A stretch of DNA of 64,000 bases from Dethiobacteria bacterium (GTDB taxonomy: Bacteria; Bacillota; Dethiobacteria; DTU022; UBA8154). The position numbers and the translations under genes are program-made. The notes under the pieces are model-generated. The model saw only the letters and a program-made list of their open reading frames with translations, was not told the origin of the DNA and searched no databases. The DNA is taken from positions 100,432 through 164,431 of the forward strand of contig JBMNEO010000005.1 in assembly GCA_050948825.1 (NCBI GenBank), in the 5' to 3' direction. Within the stretch, counting starts at the first letter, position 1. The number at the start of each line of letters is the position of its first letter. Below are positions 29,771-39,958 of the stretch, one piece after another.

Positions 29771-30919
29771 TCATTCTCCCCTCACGAAAAACCTTTTTAT
29801 ACGCCTCCAAAGGCTTAATCTTTGAACTTCGGCGCCGGCCAGCAAATCGACTACACCGGCTATTTCATCCTCAAAATAAACCTCCAGCTCTCCAATTCTT
29901 TCACCTTTTTTTAGAGGAGCTTTTAAGGGTTCATTTAAAACAAAACGGTATGTTATCTTATCTTCCTCCAACGGCTGCAACGGATAATAATAGTTGCCAC
30001 CGGCAACTGCTTTTATTTTTTTCTGAAGACCATCTGCTACCGCCACTGATTTAAAAAACTGGCCGTCTTTTACCAGGTTTGTATTAGAAAAGGAATCAAA
30101 ACCGTAATCCAATAAGGCAGTGGTATCCTCCCACATCTGTGGCGCGTTTAAGACTACAGAAATCAGCCTGCGGCCATTTCGTTCGGCCGATCCTACGAAA
30201 CAACGCCCAGCCGGGGTGGTCCATCCGGTCTTTATCCCTTCAGCCCCCTCATAAAGATCAAATAGTTTATTCTGGTTATAGAGATAGCGGGACCAGGGAT
30301 GTCCCGGCCAGGAAATAGTTTTACTGGGGGTAGAAATAATGCTGCGGAATTCTTTTAGACCCATGGCGTGTGCAGCGATGACCGATAAATCATAAGCGGT
30401 GGTATAATGCTCGGGATCGTGCAGGCCGTGAGGATTGCGAAAGGATGTATTTTTTGCCCCCAGTTCCTTCGCTCTTCTGGTCATTAATTCGGCAAATGAT
30501 TCTACGCTGCCGGAAATATGTTCGCCGATTGCTACCGCTGCATCATTTCCGGAGCGCAGCATCAGCCCGTACACCAGCTCTTCAAGAGTTTTTTTCTCTC
30601 CCTCTTCCAGCCAGATCGAAGATCCTCCGGTATTAGCAGCTCTGGGACTTGTGATTACCTCCTCGTCCATTTTACCCCTCTCCAGAGCAATAATAGCGGT
30701 CATAATTTTTGTTGTACTGGCCATATGTTTGGGTAAATGCGGGTTTCTGGCATAGAGGATTCTTCCGCTGTTCCAATCAAGTAAAATCGCCGCTTCAGCA
30801 GATATTTCCGGCGATGCGATTTTGGCTCCAACAGCCCTTACATCGGTTGCGGTGGGTAAAAATATAATTGCAAACAACAAACATATAGAGAAAAAGATAA
30901 AAATAAATCTTCTGGTCAT
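29771..30919 (-). CDS. dacB: D-alanyl-D-alanine carboxypeptidase (sporulation-type PBP5*)
   Basis: Signal peptide, SXXK active site (…HMASTTKIMTA…), SGN motif; start probably MTRRFIFIFF. Confidence 0.8.
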   Translation of the reverse strand: MTRRFIFIFFSICLLFAIIFLPTATDVRAVGAKIASPEISAEAAILLDWNSGRILYARNPHLPKHMASTTKIMTAIIALERGKMDEEVITSPRAANTGGSSIWLEEGEKKTLEELVYGLMLRSGNDAAVAIGEHISGSVESFAELMTRRAKELGAKNTSFRNPHGLHDPEHYTTAYDLSVIAAHAMGLKEFRSIISTPSKTISWPGHPWSRYLYNQNKLFDLYEGAEGIKTGWTTPAGRCFVGSAERNGRRLISVVLNAPQMWEDTTALLDYGFDSFSNTNLVKDGQFFKSVAVADGLQKKIKAVAGGNYYYPLQPLEEDKITYRFVLNEPLKAPLKKGERIGELEVYFEDEIAGVVDLLAGAEVQRLSLWRRIKRFFVRGE

Positions 30920-31063
30920 TTCTTCCCCCTGTATCGACATGCATCTAACTGCAGCAGTAGCCTGCAATAAGTAATTACTATGCGGGAGTACTACGAACTT
31001 GAAGTGATTCTGCTTCTCTAGCTATATTTATTCTGCACCGAAGATAATAATTCATCATCTCGA

Positions 31064-31516
31064 TCATAGTTTGGTGATATTGTCTTTAGACCGGCCCGGT
31101 TTAAAATAGTCTTCAAGATGTTGAAATATCTGGGGGGCAAGATCGATTAGCCGATCAAAAACCGCGTTTCGATCAACCGGCAAAAGCCTGACTTCACCCG
31201 GGCCTACGACTAAAAAGGCTATCGGCTGGATAGAAACTCCGCCGCCGCTTCCTCCTCCAAAAGGAAAACCAGCCGATTGATTATGGTTTTGGTTCTGATT
31301 CTGGTTTTGATTCTGAGGAACTCCTTTTTGTTGTTCTTCCAGAACATCAAACTCTGTTCCACCTGCTACAAATCCAAATGATACTCTGGAAACTGGAATG
31401 ATAACATGCCCGTCAGGGGTCTCTACTGCATCCCCGACTATTTTATTAACATCAACCATCTCCCTTAAGTTTTCCATTGCCGTAATCATTAAACCCTGAA
31501 TAGGATGTTCCGCCAT
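31064..31516 (-). CDS. ytfJ: Sporulation protein YtfJ/GerW family
   Basis: MAEHPIQGLMITAMENLREMVDVNKIVGDAVETPDGHVIIPVSRVSFGF…PFGGGSGGGVS…; contains a (QN)5 low-complexity insert. Confidence 0.8.
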   Translation of the reverse strand: MAEHPIQGLMITAMENLREMVDVNKIVGDAVETPDGHVIIPVSRVSFGFVAGGTEFDVLEEQQKGVPQNQNQNQNQNHNQSAGFPFGGGSGGGVSIQPIAFLVVGPGEVRLLPVDRNAVFDRLIDLAPQIFQHLEDYFKPGRSKDNITKL

Positions 31517-32165
31517 TTTTAAAGTACCTCCATATTTTTTTAAAATAACCGGCAACTACTATTTCAAAGAAGAGCCATGTCAGGTAATAAATGATCCTCA
31601 ATCCATTTAAGCTGAATTCTGCACGAAAAGAAAAAACAAGCTCCTTTTGAAAGAAGGAAGGGTAAACAAATATTCCAGGCCTTTGGCAAGAACCTGCAAT
31701 CTTCAATAGATACAATGACAGCATGCTGGAAAGAAAACGCAAAAAGCCTGTTATTATCCCGGTCCAGGATGGATCGCCGGTTCCCAGCTTTACATACAAA
31801 TCCATCCTTTCCCAACCAAATGCGGTTATTAAACGGAGTATGAGTAATAGATGCTTTTTTATTTCCCTTTCGAGCGGCTTTTCCCAGCCCTGCTTTTTCT
31901 CCATTAATGAACGCAAAAGCGATAGTAAAGTGTCCCCTTCCCCCTCGTTTAAAGAAAGCAGGATTCTTTTATATGAAAAAAGCTTAAACCTCCCCAATAA
32001 AAAAAGGTTAAATTCAAAGGAGACGGTATTAGCTTTCCGCAAATTATTAATTGATATTCGTATTGTTAAAGGCAGCAGCAGGAAAATAATAAGTAATATT
32101 AAAGAGATCAACAAAAAAAGGAGAAACAAAAAATAAAAAGACTTTTCCGGTAACATAGAGAACAC
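31452..32165 (-). CDS. ytfI: DUF2953 domain sporulation membrane protein (YtfI-like)
   Basis: 237 aa, N-terminal TM, directly upstream of and overlapping ytfJ as in B. subtilis ytfI-ytfJ. Confidence 0.45.
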   Translation of the reverse strand: MFSMLPEKSFYFLFLLFLLISLILLIIFLLLPLTIRISINNLRKANTVSFEFNLFLLGRFKLFSYKRILLSLNEGEGDTLLSLLRSLMEKKQGWEKPLEREIKKHLLLILRLITAFGWERMDLYVKLGTGDPSWTGIITGFLRFLSSMLSLYLLKIAGSCQRPGIFVYPSFFQKELVFSFRAEFSLNGLRIIYYLTWLFFEIVVAGYFKKIWRYFKNGGTSYSGFNDYGNGKLKGDG

Positions 32166-32219
32166 CTGCTTTTAAGTTAAGTCTTCTTATTAGTTTCTCC
32201 AATTTCAGGATAATAAGTA

Positions 32220-32759
32220 TTAAGTATCCAGTTCAATTAATTCTTCCAGGTCTTTGGAATTTTTAATACCGAAGTAATGCATAAAATTTTCAGTAATCCC
32301 ATAAAGAAGGGGCCTCCCTAACCCTTCTTTGCGTCCTGTTATTCTGATTAATCCTCTTTTTAACATATTTTCAATTACTCCATCTGCTTTTACACCGCGA
32401 ATATTCTCAATCTCCAGTCTGGTGACAGGCTGTTTTGCAGCAATAATTGCGAGCGTTTCCAACGCTGCTTGACTCAAAGGGCTGCTATTTTGCTCCGCGG
32501 AAAATAATTTTTCGACACATGCGGCTGTTTCCGGTTTGGTTCCCAATTGGAAACCTCCAGAGGTTTCCAGCAGGACAAGCCCTCTTTCGTTTCTCGCCAG
32601 ATCTGCCTTTATCTGTTGCAGCGAATCCCTTATTACAGAAAGAGATACTCCACAAATTTGCCCCAATTTATCAAGTGGCAAAGGCTCATGGCTTAAAAAA
32701 AGAGCAGCTTCTATGATCGCTGTTGTGGTTGCTTTTTGTCCTGCATCGTTTCCGCGCAT
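32220..32759 (-). CDS. scpB: Segregation and condensation protein B
   Basis: …AIIEAALFLSHEPLPLDKL…VTRLEIENIRGVKADGVIENMLKRGLI…; start likely the internal MRGNDAG. Confidence 0.8.
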   Translation of the reverse strand: MRGNDAGQKATTTAIIEAALFLSHEPLPLDKLGQICGVSLSVIRDSLQQIKADLARNERGLVLLETSGGFQLGTKPETAACVEKLFSAEQNSSPLSQAALETLAIIAAKQPVTRLEIENIRGVKADGVIENMLKRGLIRITGRKEGLGRPLLYGITENFMHYFGIKNSKDLEELIELDT

Positions 32760-32850
32760 TATATACCTCCCTGCCAAACCTATCTGAAAAATGAAAATAG
32801 CTTTTATCAGCTTGAGAAACACCTGTGCTTCATGCCGGTATTGTAGAAAT

Positions 32851-33615
32851 TCACACTCTCTTTGACACTTGAATCCTGTTGGAGCTATCCTTCTGATGAA
32901 GGGAAAGCCTCCCTTGTTTTGCCAGCTCCAAAAGGGCGGCAAATGTTAAGATTAACTCCCGTTTTTCAAATTTTAAAAGGAAATCTTCCAGGAAACAGGC
33001 GGTACATTTTTTTAACCTGGAGACAATCTGCCTGACTTTTTTTGAAAAGGAAATTCCATCCGGCAGCCTGATTCTTTCTTGTTCCGCTTTTTTTTCATTC
33101 TTCCTCTTCTTTATGTTTAACAATGCCTGTTGTAGAACGCCGAGCTCATAACCATGAAAATTTAACTGCGTATTAACCATCAATATTTTCGGCTGCCCAG
33201 GTGAACGTAAAAATATTTTATTCCGTTGTTCCTCCCTGTTTTTTAGCTTAACAGCAACAGACTTATAAAAGTTATATTCCAGCAGGCGTTGCACAAGTTC
33301 TTCTTTTGATCCAAAAAAAAGGGCCTCCTCCTCTTTTCCCTGGAGAAAAGGGGAAGTCTGCGGCAGCAGGATTCGCGATTTTAAGTACAAAAGGGAAGCC
33401 GCCATAACCAAAAAATCCCCCGCCCTATCGGTATTCAATTGGGGTAAAGAATGCAGGTATTCGAGATACTGGTCAGTAATTTTACCCAAAGGAATGTCCC
33501 GGATATCCACTTCTTCTTTATTTATAAGATGAAAGAGGAGATCAAAGGGGCCCTCGAAAGCGGACAGCTTTACGTAATAACGATCCTCATGTTCCTGTTT
33601 GAGTAACATTTCCAT
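32851..33615 (-). CDS. scpA: Segregation and condensation protein A
   Basis: 254 aa; …YYVKLSAFEGPFDLLFHLINKEEVDIRDIPLGKITDQYLEYL. Confidence 0.8.
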   Translation of the reverse strand: MEMLLKQEHEDRYYVKLSAFEGPFDLLFHLINKEEVDIRDIPLGKITDQYLEYLHSLPQLNTDRAGDFLVMAASLLYLKSRILLPQTSPFLQGKEEEALFFGSKEELVQRLLEYNFYKSVAVKLKNREEQRNKIFLRSPGQPKILMVNTQLNFHGYELGVLQQALLNIKKRKNEKKAEQERIRLPDGISFSKKVRQIVSRLKKCTACFLEDFLLKFEKRELILTFAALLELAKQGRLSLHQKDSSNRIQVSKRV

Positions 33616-33634
33616 ACGCTATTCATACCGCCGC

Positions 33635-34624
33635 CTACACTCCCATTGCCAGGCGGACCTCCTCCATGGTTTTACGGGCGACCTTTACAGCCTTTTTCCT
33701 TCCTTCTTCCAGTATTTCATCGATTACCCGGGGGTTATTCTCTAATTCCCTGCGCCTGTCATAGACGGGTGCCAGAAATTTTTGCATCCAGCCGGAAAGG
33801 TCCTTCTTACATTCCACACAGCCAATCGCTCCTGCCCTGCAGGACCCTTCAATACCGGAAAGACCCGCAGCGTTAAAAATTCGGTGAAAAGCATAAATGC
33901 TGCATATTTCCGGATTACCCGGATCACTTTTCCGCATACGGCCCGGATCGGTAATCATCATCCGCACTCTCTCCAATATTTTTTCCGGCGGAATCGATAT
34001 CTCGATGATGTTATCATAACTCTTGCTCATTTTTCGATTGTCAAGGCCGGGAACCACTTTATATTCGTTTAAAATAGTAGCCGGTTCCGGAAATATGGCT
34101 TTGTTATACAGGTGGTTTGCCCGGCGGGCAACCTCCCTGGTAAACTCGATGTGTGGTGCCTGATCCTCGCCGACAGGAACAGCATCCGCTTTATAAAGAA
34201 GAATATCTGCCGCCTGTAAAAGGGGATATCCCAAAAAACCATAGGTCGCCAGATTGCGCCCCTCGATCTGCTTTAGCTGTTCTTTGTAAGTCGGCACCCG
34301 CTCCAGCCAGGACAGCGGAGTTATCATGGAAAGCAGCAGGTGCAGCTCTGCATGTTCTTTTACGTCGGACTGCTTGAATATCACCGACTTTTCAGGATCT
34401 ATTCCACAGCTCAACCAGTCAATAACCATTTCCTTAACATTGCCCCTGATATTCTCTGTTTCTTCGTAGGCCGTTGTCAAAGCGTGCCAGTCCACCACAC
34501 AGAAAAAACAGCGATACTCATCCTGAAGTTTAGCCCAATTTTCAAGAGCACCGAATAAATTCCCCAGATGGAGTTTACCCGTAGGCCTCATCCCGCTGAG
34601 AATTGTCCCTTTTTTTGACTGCAA
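33635..34624 (-). CDS. trpS: Tryptophan--tRNA ligase
   Basis: 329 aa; class I HIGH (TGKLHLGN) and KMSKS motifs. Confidence 0.9.
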   Translation of the reverse strand: MQSKKGTILSGMRPTGKLHLGNLFGALENWAKLQDEYRCFFCVVDWHALTTAYEETENIRGNVKEMVIDWLSCGIDPEKSVIFKQSDVKEHAELHLLLSMITPLSWLERVPTYKEQLKQIEGRNLATYGFLGYPLLQAADILLYKADAVPVGEDQAPHIEFTREVARRANHLYNKAIFPEPATILNEYKVVPGLDNRKMSKSYDNIIEISIPPEKILERVRMMITDPGRMRKSDPGNPEICSIYAFHRIFNAAGLSGIEGSCRAGAIGCVECKKDLSGWMQKFLAPVYDRRRELENNPRVIDEILEEGRKKAVKVARKTMEEVRLAMGV

Positions 34625-34669
34625 GTTAGATCAACCCTTTCAACTTTCTTTTGCTTTACTTTTGCTTAA

Positions 34670-35320
34670 CTAAAGAAATGGACTAAGAAAAATAGATATA
34701 ACTGCTTCATAAAGATTTATGATAAAAAATGCAATAGGACCTAAAATGCTTCCCAAACCACCAAAAATAAGGAGTAAAATAAGCAATATAGGTCCATACG
34801 GTTCAATTTGGTAGTAAGTTTGCAGATTCCGCCCTTTCAGCAGTGTGGATAGTATCTTAGATCCGTCAAGAGGCGGCAGGGGTATCATATTAAAAATTGC
34901 AAGAAAAACATTGTAAATAACAAGATTGTACAGGATATTATCAAATACGCTGTACAGGCTGCTTCCATAAATGCTATACGCGGTTATTCTAAATACAATT
35001 AAGAAAAACACTGCCAGGAAACCTAAGATCAAATTTATTCCCGGTCCGGCAAAGGAAACCCAGAACAGGCCTTTCCTGCGATCCTTGAAGTTGAAAGGGT
35101 TAATGGGAACGGGTCTTGCCCAGCCAAAACGGACGATAACCAGCATCAGCAGGCCGATAGGATCCAGGTGAGCTAAAGGGTTTAAAGTTAATCTTCCCTG
35201 GAGTTTGGCAGTCGGATCACCCCAGTAATACGCCATCCTGCCATGGGCATATTCGTGAAAGGTTATTGCAATCAACAAAGCGGGTATTCGTCCCAGTAAA
35301 TCTGTCGGCAATGAAAACAT
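34670..35320 (-). CDS. Site-2 protease family zinc metallopeptidase (M50)
   Basis: 216 aa membrane protein with HEYAHG (HExxH) and a downstream LDG motif. Confidence 0.6.
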   Translation of the reverse strand: MFSLPTDLLGRIPALLIAITFHEYAHGRMAYYWGDPTAKLQGRLTLNPLAHLDPIGLLMLVIVRFGWARPVPINPFNFKDRRKGLFWVSFAGPGINLILGFLAVFFLIVFRITAYSIYGSSLYSVFDNILYNLVIYNVFLAIFNMIPLPPLDGSKILSTLLKGRNLQTYYQIEPYGPILLILLLIFGGLGSILGPIAFFIINLYEAVISIFLSPFL

Positions 35321-36636
35321 TAATTATCTCCTTTCCCGGCTTCTTCACGCATTTTATTATTTTTTATTAGAAAGGTGACAAATTCTAATTCCTCTTCTTT
35401 CCCCGCAACTTTCCCATCAAGGACAGCTTCATAGAGGCTTTTCAGGATCCCGTTAAAGACAGGCCCGGGCTTTAAACCCTTTTCTAATAGATCTTTTCCG
35501 GTTATTAACGGACGCCGACAAACCAGTTCCTGATTAAAATAAGAGATCCGCTCCCGCAGATGCGGATCGCTTTCCAGAACAGTCATGAGCATAAGTCCCT
35601 CTTTCGGCAATTCATGAAGTAGAAAATAAAGCTGCGCCGGGCTGATCGATGCTTTCTTTATTTTAGGTATAGCTTCAGGGACCTTCTTTAAAATAGTAAA
35701 CAGGCTAAGGCGTTCCTTTCTTTTCAAACGCATCAGATGACAAAGGTAAGCAGTATCATGCTCCGATAAATCGTAAAAAAGGGCTGAGAGGTAGAGAACA
35801 AAGAAATTACAGTTTTCTACAAGGGCACTTTCCGCTGGTTCCGCAATGCTCTTTTCTAATAGCAAGAGCCTATCCCTGAGCTGATCATTAAATTCCAAGC
35901 GTGGAAAAATATCCTTGAACAACTGCAGTCCATTCAAGCGCATTAAGACCTTTAAAGGAGAAGGTTCCTTGAAAACCAAGCGTATTTCGTTATAAAGGCG
36001 TTCCTTGCTTACCTTTTCAAGCAATCTTTTCGCTATGGCTTTGCGCAGTAAGAGAAACGTATTTTCCTCAATTATAAAATCAAGCCGTTGTTCAAAGCGA
36101 ACAGCCCGGATAATGCGCAGTGGATCATCTACAAAGCTCAGATTATATAGAACTCTGATAATCCTTCTTTCCAGATCTTCCCGGCCTCCAAAATAATCAT
36201 AAAGGCGCCCAAAATTTTCAGGATTCAGGGCGCAGGCCATGGTATTGATGGTAAAATCCCTGCGGTAAAGATCGTTTTTCAAAGATGAACGTTCAATATC
36301 CGGCAGCGCACCGGGGCCGGCATAAAATTCTTGCCTTGCCGTTACCATATCAAAAATAATTCCCTTGGATAAAATTAATTTGGCTGTACCGAATCTCTCA
36401 AAGCACTGGAGCCGCCCTGGCATTATATTCACTACATATTTTGCAAATTCTGCAGCAGAGCGATCGACAACTAAATCCAGATCACGGTTTTCTTTGCCCA
36501 GGAGAAGATCCCTGACAAAACCTCCCACCGCAAAGACCTTAAAAGACTCCTTCTGGGCTAAATAACCCAGGAGATAAATTGTCGCATGAAGCTCTTTTGA
36601 AAGGGAACTATTAATTAGTGGGGCCAGGTTGGTCAT
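35320..36636 (-). CDS. cca: CCA-adding tRNA nucleotidyltransferase / poly(A) polymerase family protein
   Basis: 438 aa; head domain FAVGGFVRDLLLGKENRDLDLVVD…. Confidence 0.7.
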   Translation of the reverse strand: MTNLAPLINSSLSKELHATIYLLGYLAQKESFKVFAVGGFVRDLLLGKENRDLDLVVDRSAAEFAKYVVNIMPGRLQCFERFGTAKLILSKGIIFDMVTARQEFYAGPGALPDIERSSLKNDLYRRDFTINTMACALNPENFGRLYDYFGGREDLERRIIRVLYNLSFVDDPLRIIRAVRFEQRLDFIIEENTFLLLRKAIAKRLLEKVSKERLYNEIRLVFKEPSPLKVLMRLNGLQLFKDIFPRLEFNDQLRDRLLLLEKSIAEPAESALVENCNFFVLYLSALFYDLSEHDTAYLCHLMRLKRKERLSLFTILKKVPEAIPKIKKASISPAQLYFLLHELPKEGLMLMTVLESDPHLRERISYFNQELVCRRPLITGKDLLEKGLKPGPVFNGILKSLYEAVLDGKVAGKEEELEFVTFLIKNNKMREEAGKGDN

Positions 36637-36883
36637 TATATTAACCCTTTGACTTTAATAAATGCTTGCTTATAAATGCTCGTTAACAAAGGTAACTTGT
36701 CCAAACTTCTCTTAATTATACCATATAATAACAAAAGAAAAAATATCAGGGAAAATCATAAATCATTGCCGCAATTAACCGCTAAACGGAACGGAGGATA
36801 AATCCTGCCCAATTCAAGGCGTTAACAGTTCTTATTGTAATGTATTTGAGAAGAATGAAAGACGATTACATGGTATATTGATA

Positions 36884-36988
36884 ATTACCAGTTAATTTCT
36901 GGGTATTACCAGTAATATTTTAGCAATTACCAGTTATTATTTGGTAACTTCCAGTTAATAATTGGAAATTACCAGTTAATAATTGGTT
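36884..36988. repeat. Tandem array of five 21-bp direct repeats (ATTACCAGTTAATAATTGGNN-like)
   Basis: ATTACCAG/ACTTCCAG cores at 36884, 36905, 36926, 36947 and 36968, exactly 21 bp apart; an inverted copy CTGGTAAT at 37017-37024. Confidence 0.7.
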
Positions 36989-37031
36989 TTGCCAGGCAAG
37001 CAATTAGAACTATTCTCTGGTAATAAATGCC

Positions 37032-38516
37032 TTATTTCTCCCCTGGAGGTGAAGTGTCGGTATCACGTGTCTTTAAAAAAGAAGGTCTGAACCCTTTAAC
37101 CGGTACCGGTTTTCGAAATAAAACATTAAAAAGAGCTTTGCCGTTGAACGGTAGCAGAGGCCATAAATAGGGAAGATTAAATGAGCGGGTAGTAATCAGT
37201 CTGAGGAATACAATCAATAATCCGGCGACAAACCCGTAGATTTGGAAAATCCCCGTTAATAACAACAAAAAAAGATGCACCAGCCTGTTTGCCAAACCCA
37301 GTTCCCAGCTGGGAGTAGAAAAAATTCCTACTGCTACCAGTCCTATATATAGCAATACCTCAGGAACAAAAATCCCTACTGTAACTGCAATATCACCAAT
37401 TAACAGTGCTCCGACAAGCCCCAGGGCAGTGGCAAGCGGAGATGGGGTATGAATACTGGCCATCCGCAATAAATCAAGACCGATATTTGCTAAAATAAAT
37501 TGCAGAAAAAGCGGCAGGGCGGCCTCTCCTTTAGGGCCAATAAATTGTAAAGCCTCCGGCAGCATTTCGCTGTAATCTGCTAATAAAAGCCAGATGGGAA
37601 CCAAAAAAATTGAAATAAAAATGCCCAGCAGGCGAACCCAGCGAATATATACCCCCACAATGGGGTTATGCCTAAATTCCTCTGCATGCTGGATATGGTG
37701 AAAATATGTAACGGGGGCGATCATCACGGAAGGGGATGTATCTACGATAATACACACATGCCCCTCCAGCAGATGCACTGCGGCTACATCCGGCCTTTCC
37801 GTGTAACGTACCTCGGGAAAAGGATTCCAAAAATCAGCGGTGATAAATTCTTCAACTGTTTTTTCCGCCATCGGCAAACCATCAACATCTATTTTTAAAA
37901 GCCTGCTTCTTATCTCCTCCAGGATGGCAGGATTGATGATGTCTTCAATATATAACAGCGTAACATCCGTTAAAGACCTGCTGCCGATAGTAATTGCTTC
38001 GACCCTCAACTTCGGATCCCTCAATCTTCTTCTAATGAGGGCAACGTTAAAGAGCATCGTTTCTACAAAACCATCTCTCGAGCCGCGTGTAATTTTTTCG
38101 ATATCGGGCTCATCGGGTTGCCTGGAAGGGTACTGCCGGATATCTAAAATGATGATTTTTTTTTCGCCATCTATTAAAAATACAAGCGGGCCGCCTAAAA
38201 CCTCATTGGCCGCCTCTTCAAGATTATCAACTAAGGTGATTTCTCCATAAGGTAACAATTGAGCAGTGATTTTCTCCAACGGATTGGGCACAATATCCTC
38301 CTGTTTTGCATCCAGGAGCGTTTGCATGATATAGATAATTACCTCTCCATTGGCAAAAGCGTCCAGAAAAACAAAGGCTACTTTTTTGCGGCCAATTTTA
38401 AACTCCCTTAAAATAACGTCGAAGCTAATACCGATTCCCAGTTCCCTACGAAAATAATCGATATTGTCCTCGATTTTGGGATAGATAAATGTTTTATCTG
38501 CTGTCTTTGTCGGCAT
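37032..38516 (-). CDS. spoVAF: Stage V sporulation protein AF (GerA-family spore germination protein)
   Basis: 494 aa; N-terminal soluble domain plus C-terminal polytopic membrane domain of the GerAA family; last gene of the spoVA cluster. Confidence 0.7.
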   Translation of the reverse strand: MPTKTADKTFIYPKIEDNIDYFRRELGIGISFDVILREFKIGRKKVAFVFLDAFANGEVIIYIMQTLLDAKQEDIVPNPLEKITAQLLPYGEITLVDNLEEAANEVLGGPLVFLIDGEKKIIILDIRQYPSRQPDEPDIEKITRGSRDGFVETMLFNVALIRRRLRDPKLRVEAITIGSRSLTDVTLLYIEDIINPAILEEIRSRLLKIDVDGLPMAEKTVEEFITADFWNPFPEVRYTERPDVAAVHLLEGHVCIIVDTSPSVMIAPVTYFHHIQHAEEFRHNPIVGVYIRWVRLLGIFISIFLVPIWLLLADYSEMLPEALQFIGPKGEAALPLFLQFILANIGLDLLRMASIHTPSPLATALGLVGALLIGDIAVTVGIFVPEVLLYIGLVAVGIFSTPSWELGLANRLVHLFLLLLTGIFQIYGFVAGLLIVFLRLITTRSFNLPYLWPLLPFNGKALFNVLFRKPVPVKGFRPSFLKTRDTDTSPPGEK

Positions 38517-38535
38517 AACATTTTTTCTCCTCTTT

Positions 38536-38889
38536 CTATCCTTTCGGCTTAAAACATATCGCCATAATAAAACCGAAAATAATAGCGGCCGTTATTCCCG
38601 TAGAAGTAAGTTCAAACATACCGGTTAATACTCCTATTACCCCTGTACGGGCAGCTTCCGACATGGCACCTTTTGCCAGGGAATTACCGAAACTGGAGAT
38701 GGGAAGCAGCGCACCCGCACCGGCAAAATCAATTAGACGGTCATAAAGGCCGAGCCCTCCCAGGATACCACCTCCTATGGTAAAACCGGTTAAGATATGA
38801 CCCGGGGTCAACGGGGTCAGATCAAATAACAATTGCCCGATAATGCAAATAATACCGCCCACTATAAAGGCCGTAAAATAATTACCCAA
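38536..38889 (-). CDS. spoVAE: Stage V sporulation protein AE (AEb-like)
   Basis: 117 aa membrane protein, …GFTIGGGILGGLGLYD…. Confidence 0.7.
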   Translation of the reverse strand: MGNYFTAFIVGGIICIIGQLLFDLTPLTPGHILTGFTIGGGILGGLGLYDRLIDFAGAGALLPISSFGNSLAKGAMSEAARTGVIGVLTGMFELTSTGITAAIIFGFIMAICFKPKG

Positions 38890-38911
38890 TGCTTACACTC
38901 CTTCAGCGTGA

Positions 38912-39931
38912 TTATATTTCCAGTGAAACGGCATGAGCAATACAGGGAATGCTTTCCTGCTGCAATACCGTAGTAGGGCTGTGGAGGGCCCCGGTGGCTA
39001 CGAGCAGGACTTTACGGAGTTCTTTTGACATCATTTTACGATAAAAATGGCCCAAAAAAACCAGGGCTGAGGAGGCACACCCGCTGGCCCCAGGACCGGC
39101 TTTCTGATGCGGATAGTATAATAAAACACCGCAATCGGCATAATTCGCCTGGATATCATATCCCTTACCCGCAAGGATATCTTCATTTAATTTTTTCCCA
39201 ACCCCGCCCAGATCACCCGTAAGGATTATGTTGTAGTAAGACGGATTTCTATCCAGATCAATGAAATGATTGTATATCGTATCAGCTGCTGCTCCCGCCA
39301 TTGCCGCACCGAGAGCAAGAGGGTCTTTGATACCGGCATCAACTACTTTACCTGTAGTAATTGATTCCACACGGGGACCTTCCCCCCCGCACCCCAGAAC
39401 AACCGCCCCCGCTCCTGTTGCGGTCCACTGCGCGTAACCCGGCCTCTGGAAACCATATTCTGTTGGGTAGCGATACTGCCTCTCTGCACTGCAGTTATGG
39501 CTGGACGTGCCGGTAAGGATGCGTTTTGCAAAACCGCCCTCGATCAACATTGCTCCCAGGGATAACCCTTCCGCAAAGGTTGAACATGCGCCATAAATAC
39601 CCAGGAAAGGGATAGCAAGCTTTCTGGCACAAAAAGAAGCTGTTACCACCTGGTTGAGAAGATCTCCGGCGATAAACAAATCTATATCATCCGGAGTAAG
39701 CGTTGCCTTACCCAGTGACAGGTAACATGCCTCTTCCAGCATGTGACACTCTGCTTTTTCAAAACTTTTTTCTTTAATAATATTATCGCTGTAGATGCGA
39801 TCAAAATCGGCCGACAAAGGCCCCAAACCTTCTTTGGGGCCTGCAACCGTTGCTGAGGAAAGCAGCATTATATCTCTTTCCAGAAGCACACTCTGTTTCC
39901 CAATTTTCCTTTCAACTGTAAGAGTTTGCAA
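38912..39931 (-). CDS. spoVAD: Stage V sporulation protein AD
   Basis: 339 aa, thiolase/KAS-like fold (…GKQSVLLERD…CSTFAEGL…). Confidence 0.85.
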   Translation of the reverse strand: MQTLTVERKIGKQSVLLERDIMLLSSATVAGPKEGLGPLSADFDRIYSDNIIKEKSFEKAECHMLEEACYLSLGKATLTPDDIDLFIAGDLLNQVVTASFCARKLAIPFLGIYGACSTFAEGLSLGAMLIEGGFAKRILTGTSSHNCSAERQYRYPTEYGFQRPGYAQWTATGAGAVVLGCGGEGPRVESITTGKVVDAGIKDPLALGAAMAGAAADTIYNHFIDLDRNPSYYNIILTGDLGGVGKKLNEDILAGKGYDIQANYADCGVLLYYPHQKAGPGASGCASSALVFLGHFYRKMMSKELRKVLLVATGALHSPTTVLQQESIPCIAHAVSLEI

Positions 39932-39958
39932 TACCAGCTCCCCCCCTTGCCGGCTTCC

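Noticed and set aside
34625-34669. Trp T-box upstream of trpS
   Set aside because: Only 45 nt separate trpS from the upstream site-2 protease gene, and there is no T-box consensus. trpS is evidently co-transcribed or regulated elsewhere.
36884-36988. CRISPR array for the 21-bp repeats
   Set aside because: Units are contiguous with no unique spacers, the period is 21 bp, and there are no cas genes.
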